Shown: positions 26,235 through 36,246, counted from the first letter of the stretch. The stretch: 64,000 bases of DNA from an uncultured delta proteobacterium (GCA_963706575.1 CAVPNL010000005.1:64001-128000); one strand, 5' to 3'. Made by a program: numbers and translations. Notes: generated by a model from the letters alone, not told the origin.

Positions 26235-28136
26235 ATGACTTTATCCGGGACAAACGATCCGACATTGATAGCGGCCATGCTGGCTACGCTGCTGCCCTTT
26301 GTCGCTTTTGTATTGATTATGGTCTTTACCCGGGCATATCCGCGGTTTTCTGCAGGGTTGTCGATTGCCGCGGTGGCGTTATCCTTTTTAAGTGCGCTTT
26401 TTTTGCTGACCAAACACTGGGGGCTGGTTTCTCCACTTCAATATACCTTTCGCTGGGTGGTCTCCGGTGACATTCAGATCCCGTTCGGTTACCTGCTGGA
26501 TCCGGTCAGCCTGCTGATGCTGGTGGTCGTAACCGGGATCTGTTTTTTGGTTCAGGTATATTCGATCGGCTATATGGCCGGCGATGCGGGGTTCTCCAGA
26601 TACTATGCGTTTATGTCCCTTTTTGCCTGGGCGATGATGAGCCTGACGCTGTCAGCCACCATGCTGCAGCTTTATATTTTCTGGGAGCTGGTGGGGCTTT
26701 CTTCATATCTGTTAATCGGTTTCTGGTATGAAAAGTTCAGTGCCACCGAAGCCGGGAAAAAAGCATTTGTAATGACGCGTCTGGGAGACGTGGCCTTTTT
26801 TATCGGATTGCTTCTGGTTTTGACCCACCTGGGCAATCTGAATATACAGCAAATGAACGATCCGCAAGTCGCTGCAACAATGCCACCAGCGCTCATTACC
26901 GTTTCCGCCCTGCTGATTTTTGGCGGAATCATCGGCAAAAGCGCCCAGTTCCCACTTCTGACGTGGTTGCCCGACGCCATGGAGGGCCCGACCCCGGTGA
27001 GCGCCCTGCTGCACTCCGCCACGATGGTGGCAGCCGGTGTTTACCTGTTTGCACGTCTCTTTCCGTTTTTTAGCCTGTCGGCCACCGCCATGATAATTTT
27101 CCTGGCAATCGGCACCATCAGTATGCTGATGGCGTCCACGATGGCGATGGTCAGCCGGGATATTAAGCAGGTGTGGGCTTACTCAACCATCAGCCAACTG
27201 GGGTTTATGATCATGGGTCTGGCGGCCGGCAGCTATTTCGCCGGTATTTATCACCTGACGACCCACGCCGGGTTTAAGGCCTTGCTCTTTCTTTGCTCCG
27301 GCGTTTTTATCCACGCCTATGAATCCAATGATATTTTCGAAATAAGCCGACAGGGCGGGCGCACGCTGAAAATGCCGACGATCTGCCTCATTATCGCCGC
27401 TGCTGCCCTGGCTGGGTTGCCGCCTTTGTCCGGATTTTTCAGCAAGGAATTGATTCTGGCCGGGCTGGCGGCTTTGCAGAATCCGATCTGGCTGCTGGCG
27501 GGACTGCTGGGCGCGTTTTTGACTGCTTATTACGCCTTTCGGCTGATCTTTATTCTGATGTTTCCGAAACCGGCTATACCGGAATCTTCAGATGAAGCGG
27601 CCCACGGTCATACCGCCGAACACAGCGAATCGAACTATTGGGTGATGGTCTGGCCCTTGATCATTCTGGCCGCAGTCACCGCTGTGCTGGGCCTGTATGA
27701 GGCCCCTCTGGATCATTTTATCGCCGGCGGGGAAAAGATGAGTGCCCATGACAAAACCGCTCATTCGTGGTTGCCTTTTGCGGCCCTGGCCATTGCCGCG
27801 GCCGGAGTGGGCCTCGCCTGGCTCGAATTCGGTCGCCGCGAAGCCGATCGCATCGGCTTCGTGGAGCGAATACCGGCCCTGAATACGTTTTTCGCCGAGC
27901 GCTGGTATATCGATCACTTCTATCGCCTGTGTCTGAAATATATTGTCTATAAAGGTTTTGCCAGTTTTTGTAAGCAAAATGACGACCGCATCATCGACGG
28001 CAGTATTGACGGACTGGGCAAAGGAACCGTTGAAGCCGGCCGGATTCTGTCCCGCCTGCATCTGGGGATGGTGCAATACCGGCTGCTGGTTATTTTTGTC
28101 GTCCTGGTTTTACTGGCCCTGTATTTCTTTTTTTAA
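26235..28136 (+). CDS. nuoL: NADH-quinone oxidoreductase subunit L
   Basis: 'FWELVGLSSYLLIGFW', 'GKSAQFPL.TWLPDAMEGPTPVSALLHSATMV' and 'HAGFKALLFL'. Confidence 0.96.
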   Translation: MTLSGTNDPTLIAAMLATLLPFVAFVLIMVFTRAYPRFSAGLSIAAVALSFLSALFLLTKHWGLVSPLQYTFRWVVSGDIQIPFGYLLDPVSLLMLVVVTGICFLVQVYSIGYMAGDAGFSRYYAFMSLFAWAMMSLTLSATMLQLYIFWELVGLSSYLLIGFWYEKFSATEAGKKAFVMTRLGDVAFFIGLLLVLTHLGNLNIQQMNDPQVAATMPPALITVSALLIFGGIIGKSAQFPLLTWLPDAMEGPTPVSALLHSATMVAAGVYLFARLFPFFSLSATAMIIFLAIGTISMLMASTMAMVSRDIKQVWAYSTISQLGFMIMGLAAGSYFAGIYHLTTHAGFKALLFLCSGVFIHAYESNDIFEISRQGGRTLKMPTICLIIAAAALAGLPPLSGFFSKELILAGLAALQNPIWLLAGLLGAFLTAYYAFRLIFILMFPKPAIPESSDEAAHGHTAEHSESNYWVMVWPLIILAAVTAVLGLYEAPLDHFIAGGEKMSAHDKTAHSWLPFAALAIAAAGVGLAWLEFGRREADRIGFVERIPALNTFFAERWYIDHFYRLCLKYIVYKGFASFCKQNDDRIIDGSIDGLGKGTVEAGRILSRLHLGMVQYRLLVIFVVLVLLALYFFF

Positions 28137-28148
28137 GGATTTGTTCCC

Positions 28149-29627
28149 ATGCAAATGGCGTTTGCCAGTTTTCCGTATCTTTCATGCATCCTTTTAAGCT
28201 GCGTGATCGGTCTGCTGATTATCCTTTTTCTGCCGGAGCACCGCAAGCAGGAAATCAAGTGGGTCAGTGCGGTTTTTTCCGGTATTCCGCTGGCCTTGTC
28301 GCTGTATCTGTTTTTGGCCTATGACAAAAGCACCGGCGGACTTCAGTTTGTGGAAAAAATCATGTGGGTCAAGTCCCTGGGCATTACCTATTTTAATGCT
28401 GCCGACGGATTCAATCTTCCCAATCTGCTGCTGACCGGAATCGTGTTTTTCACCGGTGTGCTGACGATGTGGGAAATGCAAAACCGCGTCAAAGAATTTT
28501 ATGCCCTTTATTTTTTGCTGGTTAGCGGTGTGTTCGGGCTCTTTATGAGCATGGACCTGTTTTTCATCTTTGTCTGGTATGATGTTTCTTTATTCCCGAT
28601 GTATCTGCTGATCGTCGTCTGGGGCACCACGCGCAAAGAATATGCGGCCATGAAATTAACGCTCTACCTGCTGGCCGGAAGCGCCTTGATATTGCCGGCG
28701 ATTGTCTATCTTTTTGTCAAATCCGGCCTGAATACCTTTGATATTGTCTCCTTGATGCAGCCCGGGACCTTTACGGTCGACCAGCAGAAATTTGCATTTA
28801 TTTTGCTGTTTCTGGGCTTCGGTATTCTGGCGGCTGTCTGGCCCTTTCATACCTGGTCACCGGTCGGTCATGTTGCCGCGCCCCACGCGGTCAGCATGGT
28901 GCATGCCGGGGTGCTTATGAAAATCGGGGCCTTCGGCGTGCTGCGGGTGGCCATTTTTCTATGCCCGCAGGGCTGGCAGCATTGGGCCCAGCTGATGGCG
29001 TTGCTGGCTGCGATTGGTATCGTTTATGGTGCCCTGGCCGGCCTGCGCCAGACCGACCTTAAATATGTCATTGGATATTCAAGCGTATCGCATATGGGAA
29101 TTGTCGGTCTGGGGTTATCAACTGTCAGCGTCGATGGTCTCAACGGTGCGGTTTTTCAGATGTTTGCCCACGGGGTGATGACCGCATTGTTCTTTTCTTC
29201 GGTGGGCTATATCTACGATAAGACCCATACGAAAGCCATCGGCGAGCTGGGCGGCTTGAGTAAAATAATGCCCGTGGCCTCCACATACTTTATTGTGGCG
29301 GCCATGGCCAGTATGGGTATTCCCTGTCTGGCGAGTTTCTGGGGGGAACTGCTGGTTTTTATCTCTGCCTTTAAGGTGTATCCGGTTCGCGGCGCAATGG
29401 CCATCGCCGCTCTGGTGATCAGCGCGCTGTTTATGCTGCGGGTCGTGCAAAAAACTTTTTACGGTCCTAAAAATGAGCGGTTTGAGCCGCTGACGGATGT
29501 ACCCTTCGGCCTGGCAGTGCCTCGGATGATCCTGCTTGCGGTTCTGGTGTTTTTTGGGCTTTTTCCGTCTGTCCTGTTTGACGTGATCGAGACCGCTTCG
29601 ATTCCATTTATTAACGGGTTGCCATGA
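28149..29627 (+). CDS. nuoM: NADH-quinone oxidoreductase subunit M
   Basis: 'WPFHTWSP..H..AP', 'LKYVIGYSSVSHMG' and 'FQMFAHG'. Confidence 0.94.
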   Translation: MQMAFASFPYLSCILLSCVIGLLIILFLPEHRKQEIKWVSAVFSGIPLALSLYLFLAYDKSTGGLQFVEKIMWVKSLGITYFNAADGFNLPNLLLTGIVFFTGVLTMWEMQNRVKEFYALYFLLVSGVFGLFMSMDLFFIFVWYDVSLFPMYLLIVVWGTTRKEYAAMKLTLYLLAGSALILPAIVYLFVKSGLNTFDIVSLMQPGTFTVDQQKFAFILLFLGFGILAAVWPFHTWSPVGHVAAPHAVSMVHAGVLMKIGAFGVLRVAIFLCPQGWQHWAQLMALLAAIGIVYGALAGLRQTDLKYVIGYSSVSHMGIVGLGLSTVSVDGLNGAVFQMFAHGVMTALFFSSVGYIYDKTHTKAIGELGGLSKIMPVASTYFIVAAMASMGIPCLASFWGELLVFISAFKVYPVRGAMAIAALVISALFMLRVVQKTFYGPKNERFEPLTDVPFGLAVPRMILLAVLVFFGLFPSVLFDVIETASIPFINGLP

Positions 29628-31051
29628 TGAAGTGGATGATCTTTAGTCCCGAAATCTATTATTTGCTGGTGGGCCTGTGGTTTCTGGCGTTGTCGATGCT
29701 GCCAAACCCAGGATCCGGGCGCAATTATTTCAGCGCCCTTTCTCTGGCGGCTGTCGGTATTTTGGTTTGCCTGGTCACCGTCAAATCAGAAGGTGTCCTC
29801 TTTTTTAACGCCTATCAGGTTAATCTGTTCTCCCAGGTATTTAAAGTATTGCTGTCTTTGGGCTTGTTTCTGGTGATTTGCCTTTGCCCGAATCTTACGG
29901 CTATCAAAGCGGAACACCATCCGGAATTTTATCTGCTGCTATTTGTCTGCACCCTGGCGATGATGATGCTGGTCAGCAGCGTGCATCTGCTGGCCATCTA
30001 TGTTTCCCTTGAGCTTTCCAGTTATTCCCTTTACATACTGGTGGCCTTGAGGCGCGGCAAAGATATGGGCATTGAGGCAGCCATCAAATATTTTCTGATC
30101 GGAATCTTTGCTTCGGCCGTGATGCTTTTTGGCCTGGCGCTGCTTTACGGAACCACCCAGGCCACTTACGTCAATGAGATGGCAAAGGTGCTTCCGGAGG
30201 TAATCGATAAACCCGCTGTTGTCATCGGGCTGCTGCTGACCCTCGGCGGTTTCTTTTTTAAACTCGCCGTCTTTCCTTTCCATTTCTGGGCGCCGGATGT
30301 CTACCAGGGGGCGGCCAATCAGGTTACCGCTTATATTGCCACGGCTTCCAAAGTGGCCGCCATGGCGCTATTGATACGAATGGTTGCGTTAACCGGCAAC
30401 GCTACGGCCGGCAATTATCTGGTGCACATTCTGGTGGCGCTGTCCATCGTTTCAATGACTCTGGGCAACCTGGCGGCTATCGTTCAAAAAGACATCAAAC
30501 GCCTGCTGGCCTATTCGACCATCGCCCATGCCGGTTATGTTTTGATCGGCATATTGAGTATGAGCACACCCGGCTACAGCGGGGTTATTTTTTACGCCCT
30601 GGCGTTATTGGTGATGAAATTCACCGCATTTCTGGTGGTGGTAAAAGTGGCTGATGATGACCGCAACTTGCAGATTGATCAACTGGCCGGTTTGTATCAT
30701 CGCTCTCCGCTGCTGGCGATGGCATTGATGGTTTCTATTTTCAGCCTTGCCGGTATCCCGCCGACCATTGGATTCACCGGAAAACTTTTAGTCTTCCTGG
30801 CCGCTATGGAGCAGGGTTATTTCACCCTGGTGCTGATTGCCATGATTAATGTGGTGATTTCCCTTTATTACTATCTGCTGGTTTTAAAAGCGGCGTACCT
30901 GCTGAAGCCGAAATTCGCCGTATCCGAGATAAAGTTGTCTCCTGCGGCAAAAATACTTACGATTGCCTTGATCGTTGTTATGGTGGTTGTTGGCATTTTC
31001 CCGCGTTATGTACTCGAGCTTGCTGAAGCCGCAGCCCGAGCGATAGGTTAA
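29624..31051 (+). CDS. nuoN: NADH-quinone oxidoreductase subunit N
   Basis: 'EAAIKYF', 'FKLAVFPFHFWAPDVYQGA', 'KRLLAYSTIAHAGY' and 'SLAGIPP'. Confidence 0.96.
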   Translation: MMKWMIFSPEIYYLLVGLWFLALSMLPNPGSGRNYFSALSLAAVGILVCLVTVKSEGVLFFNAYQVNLFSQVFKVLLSLGLFLVICLCPNLTAIKAEHHPEFYLLLFVCTLAMMMLVSSVHLLAIYVSLELSSYSLYILVALRRGKDMGIEAAIKYFLIGIFASAVMLFGLALLYGTTQATYVNEMAKVLPEVIDKPAVVIGLLLTLGGFFFKLAVFPFHFWAPDVYQGAANQVTAYIATASKVAAMALLIRMVALTGNATAGNYLVHILVALSIVSMTLGNLAAIVQKDIKRLLAYSTIAHAGYVLIGILSMSTPGYSGVIFYALALLVMKFTAFLVVVKVADDDRNLQIDQLAGLYHRSPLLAMALMVSIFSLAGIPPTIGFTGKLLVFLAAMEQGYFTLVLIAMINVVISLYYYLLVLKAAYLLKPKFAVSEIKLSPAAKILTIALIVVMVVVGIFPRYVLELAEAAARAIG

Positions 31052-31145
31052 AAGCGGCCTTTTAGCTTTTTGGGGGACAACCCAGTGTCATGACCCAGAA
31101 GTATTGTCTGAAAATATTGTTAAGCACAGAGACGTGTTACCCATC

Positions 31146-31234
31146 CGTCATTCCCGCGCAGGCGGGAATCCAGGCGTCTTTGATCCGGACTCCCGCCCCC
31201 ATCTACACGGGGGCAGGCTCTGAGCGGGAGTGAC
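31146..31234. repeat. CGTC-type REP-like inverted pair
   Basis: CGTCATTCCCGCGCAGGCGGGAATCCAG ... CCGGACTCCCGC-[insert with a GCCCCC/GGGGGC stem]-GCGGGAGTGAC, between convergent nuoN and DUF1178 genes. Confidence 0.7.
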
Positions 31235-31300
31235 AATCATTTTACAACTTATTTGCAGGGCACATCTAAGGAGGTATTTTTTAAAGATTATTGGAAGGAA

Positions 31301-31720
31301 TTAAGCGTCGGTATCCGGAGGTGCCGGCATGGGAATTTTAAGAAAGTCAATACCCTCTTCTTTTAGCATTTTTTCTTCTTCTTTGGTACTGACGCCACGG
31401 ATATTTCGCGGCTCCTCGACCCCGTAATGGATTTTCAGGGCTTCTTTGGCAAAATCACATCCGACATCATCGAAATTTTTCTCTACAAAATCAACAATTT
31501 CTTTGCCAACCTGTTTCAGATTTTGCTCCTCCAAGGAACCCATTTTAGGGATCGGGGAGGATTTGATCGCAAAGGTGGACGGAATTCTGGACACCTGGGT
31601 CGTATCGCAGGCCGGGCAGGCGATCAATTTCTTTTTTTTCTGGGCCTGATAGGCCTCACTGTCTTCAAACCAGCCTTCGAACGCATGGCCGTTAACACAT
31701 TGTAAATCATATGCTATCAT
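31301..31720 (-). CDS. DUF1178 family protein
   Basis: 'MIAYDLQC..GH.FEGWF', CPAC and 'FAKEALKIHYG.EEPRNIRG'. Confidence 0.88.
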   Translation of the reverse strand: MIAYDLQCVNGHAFEGWFEDSEAYQAQKKKKLIACPACDTTQVSRIPSTFAIKSSPIPKMGSLEEQNLKQVGKEIVDFVEKNFDDVGCDFAKEALKIHYGVEEPRNIRGVSTKEEEKMLKEEGIDFLKIPMPAPPDTDA

Positions 31721-31947
31721 TGAGGGACACCACTGTTATTTGAAAAAATGATCAATAATATTCGATTGAAAGATGAAAACTAACTAAAAAATAACACATC
31801 TGTCAATATTTTTAAAGGCGTGTAATCAGAATTTACTAATTTAACAGAATGTTGTAGAATAAATCTTAGACGTGTATTATCAATTGTTAATCTGATTAGC
31901 AATGGCTTTAACCACCTTAGAACTTGTAACTGTCCGTGATTTAGGGC

Positions 31948-32653
31948 ATGATCATAAGAATCAGACGGAAAGGGCTCTCCGGGATGAATTTTTTGTTGAA
32001 ACGTTTCAGATTATTGGGATTGTTGCTGCTGTTTTGTCTATTTTCGGCTTCTGTTTATGGCGAAACCATGTATGTTTCTGATGTTTTGAAGTTAACGCTG
32101 AGAACCGGGCCAAGTATCGAAAACAAAATAATCTCTGTGATTGATTCCGGTCAGATGATGGAAGTTATTAAATTCGGTGATGAATGGTCCCAGGTACGAC
32201 TGCCCAATGGCAAGGAAGGCTGGGTGCTGAGCAGATATCTAACCACCAATGAAACCAACAACGTCAAACTTGAACGTCTGGAGACCAAGCATAAGAATTT
32301 GATGATTCAAGCCGCTGAATTATTGGAAGAAAATAACAGACTGAAAGCGGAAAATCAGAAGCTCAGCACCGAGTTTAAAGCCAGTCAAAAACAGTTGGAT
32401 AAAACACGAACGCGATTATGAGACGCTGAAAGCCGAAGCCGCCGAATTTTTAACGCTTAAAGCCAGTTATGAGAGTACCGCTTCACAGTTGGTCGAACAG
32501 ACCGCCAGAGTGGAAAAGCTTGAAGAGCAGCTCACGAGATTGGAAATGAGCACTTACATTAAGTGGTTTCTGGCAGGCTCGGGGGTACTTATCCTCGGAT
32601 TTTTAATCGGTATCAGCACCCGGCGTCCGCACCGCCGCCCTGCGCTGGTATGA
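31948..32653 (+). CDS. SH3-domain protein (TIGR04211/YgiM-like); one frameshift near 32413
   Basis: 'YVSD...LRTGPS', 'EGWVLSRYL' and a coiled coil. The +1 frame from 32414 continues to 'KWFLAGSGVLILGFLIG...RRPALV*', the expected C-terminal anchor. Confidence 0.82.
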
Positions 32654-32882
32654 CCTGCCAATAGTTTGTCTAAATGACGGGTGATGGTATAATTGCAATC
32701 CGGAACCGGATCGATAAAAATTTGCAGCGCAGCCGGGTATTGGCTAATAATTGACATGCCTATCGACGGTCATTACGCTATTAATCCATTATTAATAGCC
32801 TATTCCACACAAAGACCATTCCTGGTTCAATGTAAATGCGAACCAATGGCTCATTTTCCGGAGGTTACCAGTAGAATCATTT

Positions 32883-34136
32883 ATGTTTGATCAAGTCGTG
32901 GTGCTGATAGTCTTGCTTGCGCTTTCCGGTTTTTTCTCATCCGCTGAGACTGCCCTGTTCTCCATCAGCAAAGCCAAAGCAGTTCATCTTGCCAAACAAA
33001 AAGGGCCGACCAATAAGCTCATTAAAAAAATGAAAGCTGACCCTCACCGGCTTCTTTCAACCATTTTGATTGGCAATAACATTGTCAATGTAGGCGCTTC
33101 GGCGATGGCCACAGCCATCGCTATCGATTTGCATTCAAGTCATGCGGTCGGGGTCACCACCGGAGTCATGACCTTTCTCATTTTGATTTTTGGTGAAATC
33201 TTTCCCAAATCCATTGCCACGAGCAACAACATCCTGATCGCACGCCTGGTCATTTTTCCGCTGTACTGGCTTTCGGTTTTGTTTATGCCCCTGACTCTAT
33301 TTTTAAATTTCATCCCCAAACTGACCGGTAAAATCCACAAGAAACCGCATGTCACCGAAGCGGAATTGAGGACCTTTGTCGAAGTCGTGGAAGAAGAAGG
33401 TGAAATTAAAGAAGAAGAAAAAGAATTAATCCACAAAATATTTGAATTCGATGACACCAATGCTTCAGAGATCATGACTCCCCGTGCAGATATGTTTGTC
33501 GTTGATGTGAATGCGGAATTAAAGCTTGAAGAGATCGCTCAATCCGGTTTTACGCGAATACCGGTTATCGAGGGAGATATCGATCATGTGGTGGGTATTT
33601 TAAACATCAAAGATCTGCTCAAGCACAATGCGACGTCCTGTGAAATCATTGATGTCCGCCAAATCCTGCGCAAACCCTATTTTGTGCCTGAAAAGAAAAA
33701 ACTGGACAAATTGCTTCAGCAATTTAAAAAACGAAAACAGCACCTGGCGATCGTTGTTGACGAGCATGGCGGGGTTTCCGGATTGATAACGCTCGAGGAT
33801 GCCCTTGAAGAGATTGTTGGAGAGATTGTCGATGAAACCGATCGATTCGAGCCGCACATCGTAAAACTCAAAGAGGATGAATGGCGGGTTCTGGGCAAAT
33901 CCGAAATTGATGAGGTCAATGAAGAGATACCCATCAATATTCCCGATTCAAAAGAATATGACACCTTTTCCGGCTATGTTCTGAACCAGATCGGCAGGAT
34001 CCCCCGGGAAAAGGAAGAAATCTCGCTTGGCGGCTTCCTGATCATGGTCAATGAGAAGCACGGCAATCGTATCCGGGAATATATCGTTTGTCAAAAGGAC
34101 ATTAAAGCCGCGAAGAAAGCTACCGGAGGGGCCTGA
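32883..34136 (+). CDS. Hemolysin/CNNM (DUF21-CBS-CorC) Mg2+/Co2+ efflux family protein
   Basis: 'SGFFSSAETALFS', 'IFGEIFPK', 'EIMTPR' and 'VVDEHGG..GLITLED.LEEIVGEI.DE'. Confidence 0.93.
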   Translation: MFDQVVVLIVLLALSGFFSSAETALFSISKAKAVHLAKQKGPTNKLIKKMKADPHRLLSTILIGNNIVNVGASAMATAIAIDLHSSHAVGVTTGVMTFLILIFGEIFPKSIATSNNILIARLVIFPLYWLSVLFMPLTLFLNFIPKLTGKIHKKPHVTEAELRTFVEVVEEEGEIKEEEKELIHKIFEFDDTNASEIMTPRADMFVVDVNAELKLEEIAQSGFTRIPVIEGDIDHVVGILNIKDLLKHNATSCEIIDVRQILRKPYFVPEKKKLDKLLQQFKKRKQHLAIVVDEHGGVSGLITLEDALEEIVGEIVDETDRFEPHIVKLKEDEWRVLGKSEIDEVNEEIPINIPDSKEYDTFSGYVLNQIGRIPREKEEISLGGFLIMVNEKHGNRIREYIVCQKDIKAAKKATGGA

Positions 34137-34251
34137 ACCGGCAATAGCGAGCGCATTGCCCGTAGCTTGCTGCGGGGTTAGCGAGCGAGTCAAATCGATC
34201 AGAATCCTTACCGGGAAGATTCCCTGCAGCTTGCTGCAGGGTACGCTTCAA
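34134..34251 (-). mobile_element. Non-autonomous IS200/IS605-like palindromic element, copy 1
   Basis: Minus strand TTGAAGCGTA-CCCTGCAGCAAGCTGCAGGG ... CCCCGCAGCAAGCTACGGG-CAATGCGCTCGCTATTGCCGGTTCA: two subterminal hairpins and no terminal inverted repeats. It is repeated at 35936-36019. Confidence 0.6.
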
Positions 34252-34297
34252 TATAATATTTCTATTTTTGGATTTTAGTAAAACGGCAGAGCGGCCA

Positions 34298-35350
34298 TTA
34301 CTCTGCCTTGAAAAAAGGGCGGGCCCATTCGGCGGTTTGTTCCGGGGCGCTGAATGTGGTCATATCCCCGAGCATGACTTCAAATCCGGTATGATCACTG
34401 CGCACCCAGGGGGCGTAATTCGATCGCACCATGATGACAATCCGCAGTTCGAGGCGACTGGCAGGCATTTCAACAGACAGCTGCCCCAGATTGTAACCGT
34501 TGCGGTTCAGGTTTCGATAAAACCGCTGGGTGTTAAGAATGCCGGTAGCGAGGGCCTGCCAATCGGTGGTGGACACCTGGCGTAATGAAGTCTTTTGGGG
34601 CAGGATGCCCCATATTTCAAAGAATCCTTCGGGCGCAAATGCGGCCGTCCATTGCCATAATCCGGTTGTCCCGATATAACGGGACCCCTCAGCCATTTCG
34701 TGTTCCAGATAGCTGGAAAATAGATAATGGCCACTTTGGTGATAAAAATCAGCGGCGCGTTGCAGTAAAATGCGCTGGTGGTTGGCCGGCAGCCGGTCGG
34801 CGTTTATTTGTAAATGCGGATGAAGCAGCGACCCGCCGGCAGAAGGCAGATGATTCTGAGTAATGGCCATATATGCGGCCCGGGGGTCGTGATTTTTGAT
34901 TTTTGCCAGATACCGGCTGCAATTTAAAAAACTGTTGGCATATGACTCCACGGAGGCCTGCCCGATTTCAACAAAGTGTCGATTGTCGAAAAGGCTGACG
35001 GCGGAATAGCAGCCGTAGGGAAACCGATTGGGAAACAGAATCGAATCACCCTGGACCATCCGCCCGGAGGACGACAGGTCGGGATGCAGCTGCGGTGTTT
35101 GGGTGCTTACCTGAGGCCTGCAAAACGGGCAGCGGCCCGTTTCAGCCGCAACCGGCGGTACCGGCGGCAGCGACTCGGTCCCGGGTTCATTTTCATCAAT
35201 TCGGCTGAATGAGATGCGGCAGGTGCGCCCGGTAATGGGATTGGTGCGGATTTCAATGATTCGTTCTGCGATTGTGCCGGCGGGATCGATAAATTTGGCA
35301 AACACCGATTGGGTGTCAAATATCAGTTCTGATGGCTGGGCCGTCGGCAT
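34298..35350 (-). CDS. Galactose-1-phosphate uridylyltransferase-like (HIT superfamily) protein
   Basis: 'EIRTNPITG', CPFC, 'PNRFPY' and catalytic 'AGGSLLHPHLQ' (HxHxQ). Confidence 0.8.
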   Translation of the reverse strand: MPTAQPSELIFDTQSVFAKFIDPAGTIAERIIEIRTNPITGRTCRISFSRIDENEPGTESLPPVPPVAAETGRCPFCRPQVSTQTPQLHPDLSSSGRMVQGDSILFPNRFPYGCYSAVSLFDNRHFVEIGQASVESYANSFLNCSRYLAKIKNHDPRAAYMAITQNHLPSAGGSLLHPHLQINADRLPANHQRILLQRAADFYHQSGHYLFSSYLEHEMAEGSRYIGTTGLWQWTAAFAPEGFFEIWGILPQKTSLRQVSTTDWQALATGILNTQRFYRNLNRNGYNLGQLSVEMPASRLELRIVIMVRSNYAPWVRSDHTGFEVMLGDMTTFSAPEQTAEWARPFFKAE

Positions 35351-35361
35351 GCGGTCTAACT

Positions 35362-35910
35362 TTAATCTCCGGAAACCCCGAAAGCCTGGAATAATGAGAC
35401 AAACAGCACCATTTGAACCAAGGCACTGATGATCCAGGCGATGATACAGGCAGCTGCAGCACGATAGGTGCTTTCGAAATTTAGCGCCTGCTTTACGGCG
35501 ATGGTTGCGGCAGCAACCATCCAGATAGTCGCCACCGCTATAATCACAATACCCAGACCCGGTATGAACCCCAGGAGACGTATTACGCCCGGTGCGCTGG
35601 CAAATCCCATTGCCCGAATGACGGTTTTGCGCCCCATCCGCTCAATTTGGGTTCGGTCTTCACGAAAAAACCGGGAAGCGGCGAAGTAGGTGAAAAAAGC
35701 CCAGACATACCATCCGATCAGGGTGGTTATCATGGCGATGTTGGTCCCGACAGCGCCGATCCCCCCGAAGGTTCCCCAGGAAGCCGCCATACAGTAAATC
35801 ACAACCGTAATCCAGGCCTGATTCAAGGTGAGCGGATCCGCTACGATCTCCCTGTACAGCTCGACATCCAGCCTTGCCGCCCGCACAAAACGATTGAAAA
35901 AAAGACGCAT
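35362..35910 (-). CDS. YIP1-family membrane protein
   Basis: About 5 TM segments; 'RAARLD..LYREI..D', 'RAMGFASAPG' and 'IAVKQAL'; SD AGGAGG. Confidence 0.75.
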   Translation of the reverse strand: MRLFFNRFVRAARLDVELYREIVADPLTLNQAWITVVIYCMAASWGTFGGIGAVGTNIAMITTLIGWYVWAFFTYFAASRFFREDRTQIERMGRKTVIRAMGFASAPGVIRLLGFIPGLGIVIIAVATIWMVAAATIAVKQALNFESTYRAAAACIIAWIISALVQMVLFVSLFQAFGVSGD

Positions 35911-35935
35911 AGACCTCCTTATCGATCAACAGGTT

Positions 35936-36019
35936 TGAACCGGCAATAGCGCGCGAATAAAATCGATAAGAATCCTTACCGGGAAGATTCCCTGCAGCAA
36001 GCTGCAGGGTACGCTTCAA
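35936..36019 (-). mobile_element. Non-autonomous IS200/IS605-like palindromic element, copy 2 (one hairpin deleted)
   Basis: Same orientation as 34134-34251 and near-identical, but it lacks the segment between the TAGCGAGCG direct repeats. Confidence 0.6.
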
Positions 36020-36024
36020 ACCGG

Positions 36025-36059
36025 CGCCCGGCTGATCTCATGAATAAATCAGTTGGGCG
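36025..36059. repeat. Palindromic hairpin adjoining element copy 2
   Basis: CGCCCGGCTGAT-CTCATGAATAA-ATCAGTTGGGCG. Confidence 0.5.
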
Positions 36060-36246
36060 GGAATATCGGAAGTTAGTTTTTTGCAGTTACCGGCTATCAC
36101 GTTGGCGGCAGTGTGTCAATAAAACCTGAGGATTTTGAATCGCTGTATGGGTGCCGGTATCTTGCAAAATTTAGGCTTTTATTTATATTGGCATTGCTTT
36201 ATCATAATATTTTTGAACCTTATATGAAAATTAATGAGAAGTTGAG

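Noticed and set aside
15887..31051. Selenocysteine (TGA) readthrough in redox genes
   Set aside because: All expected Cys motifs are present and the TGA codons fall at normal C-termini.
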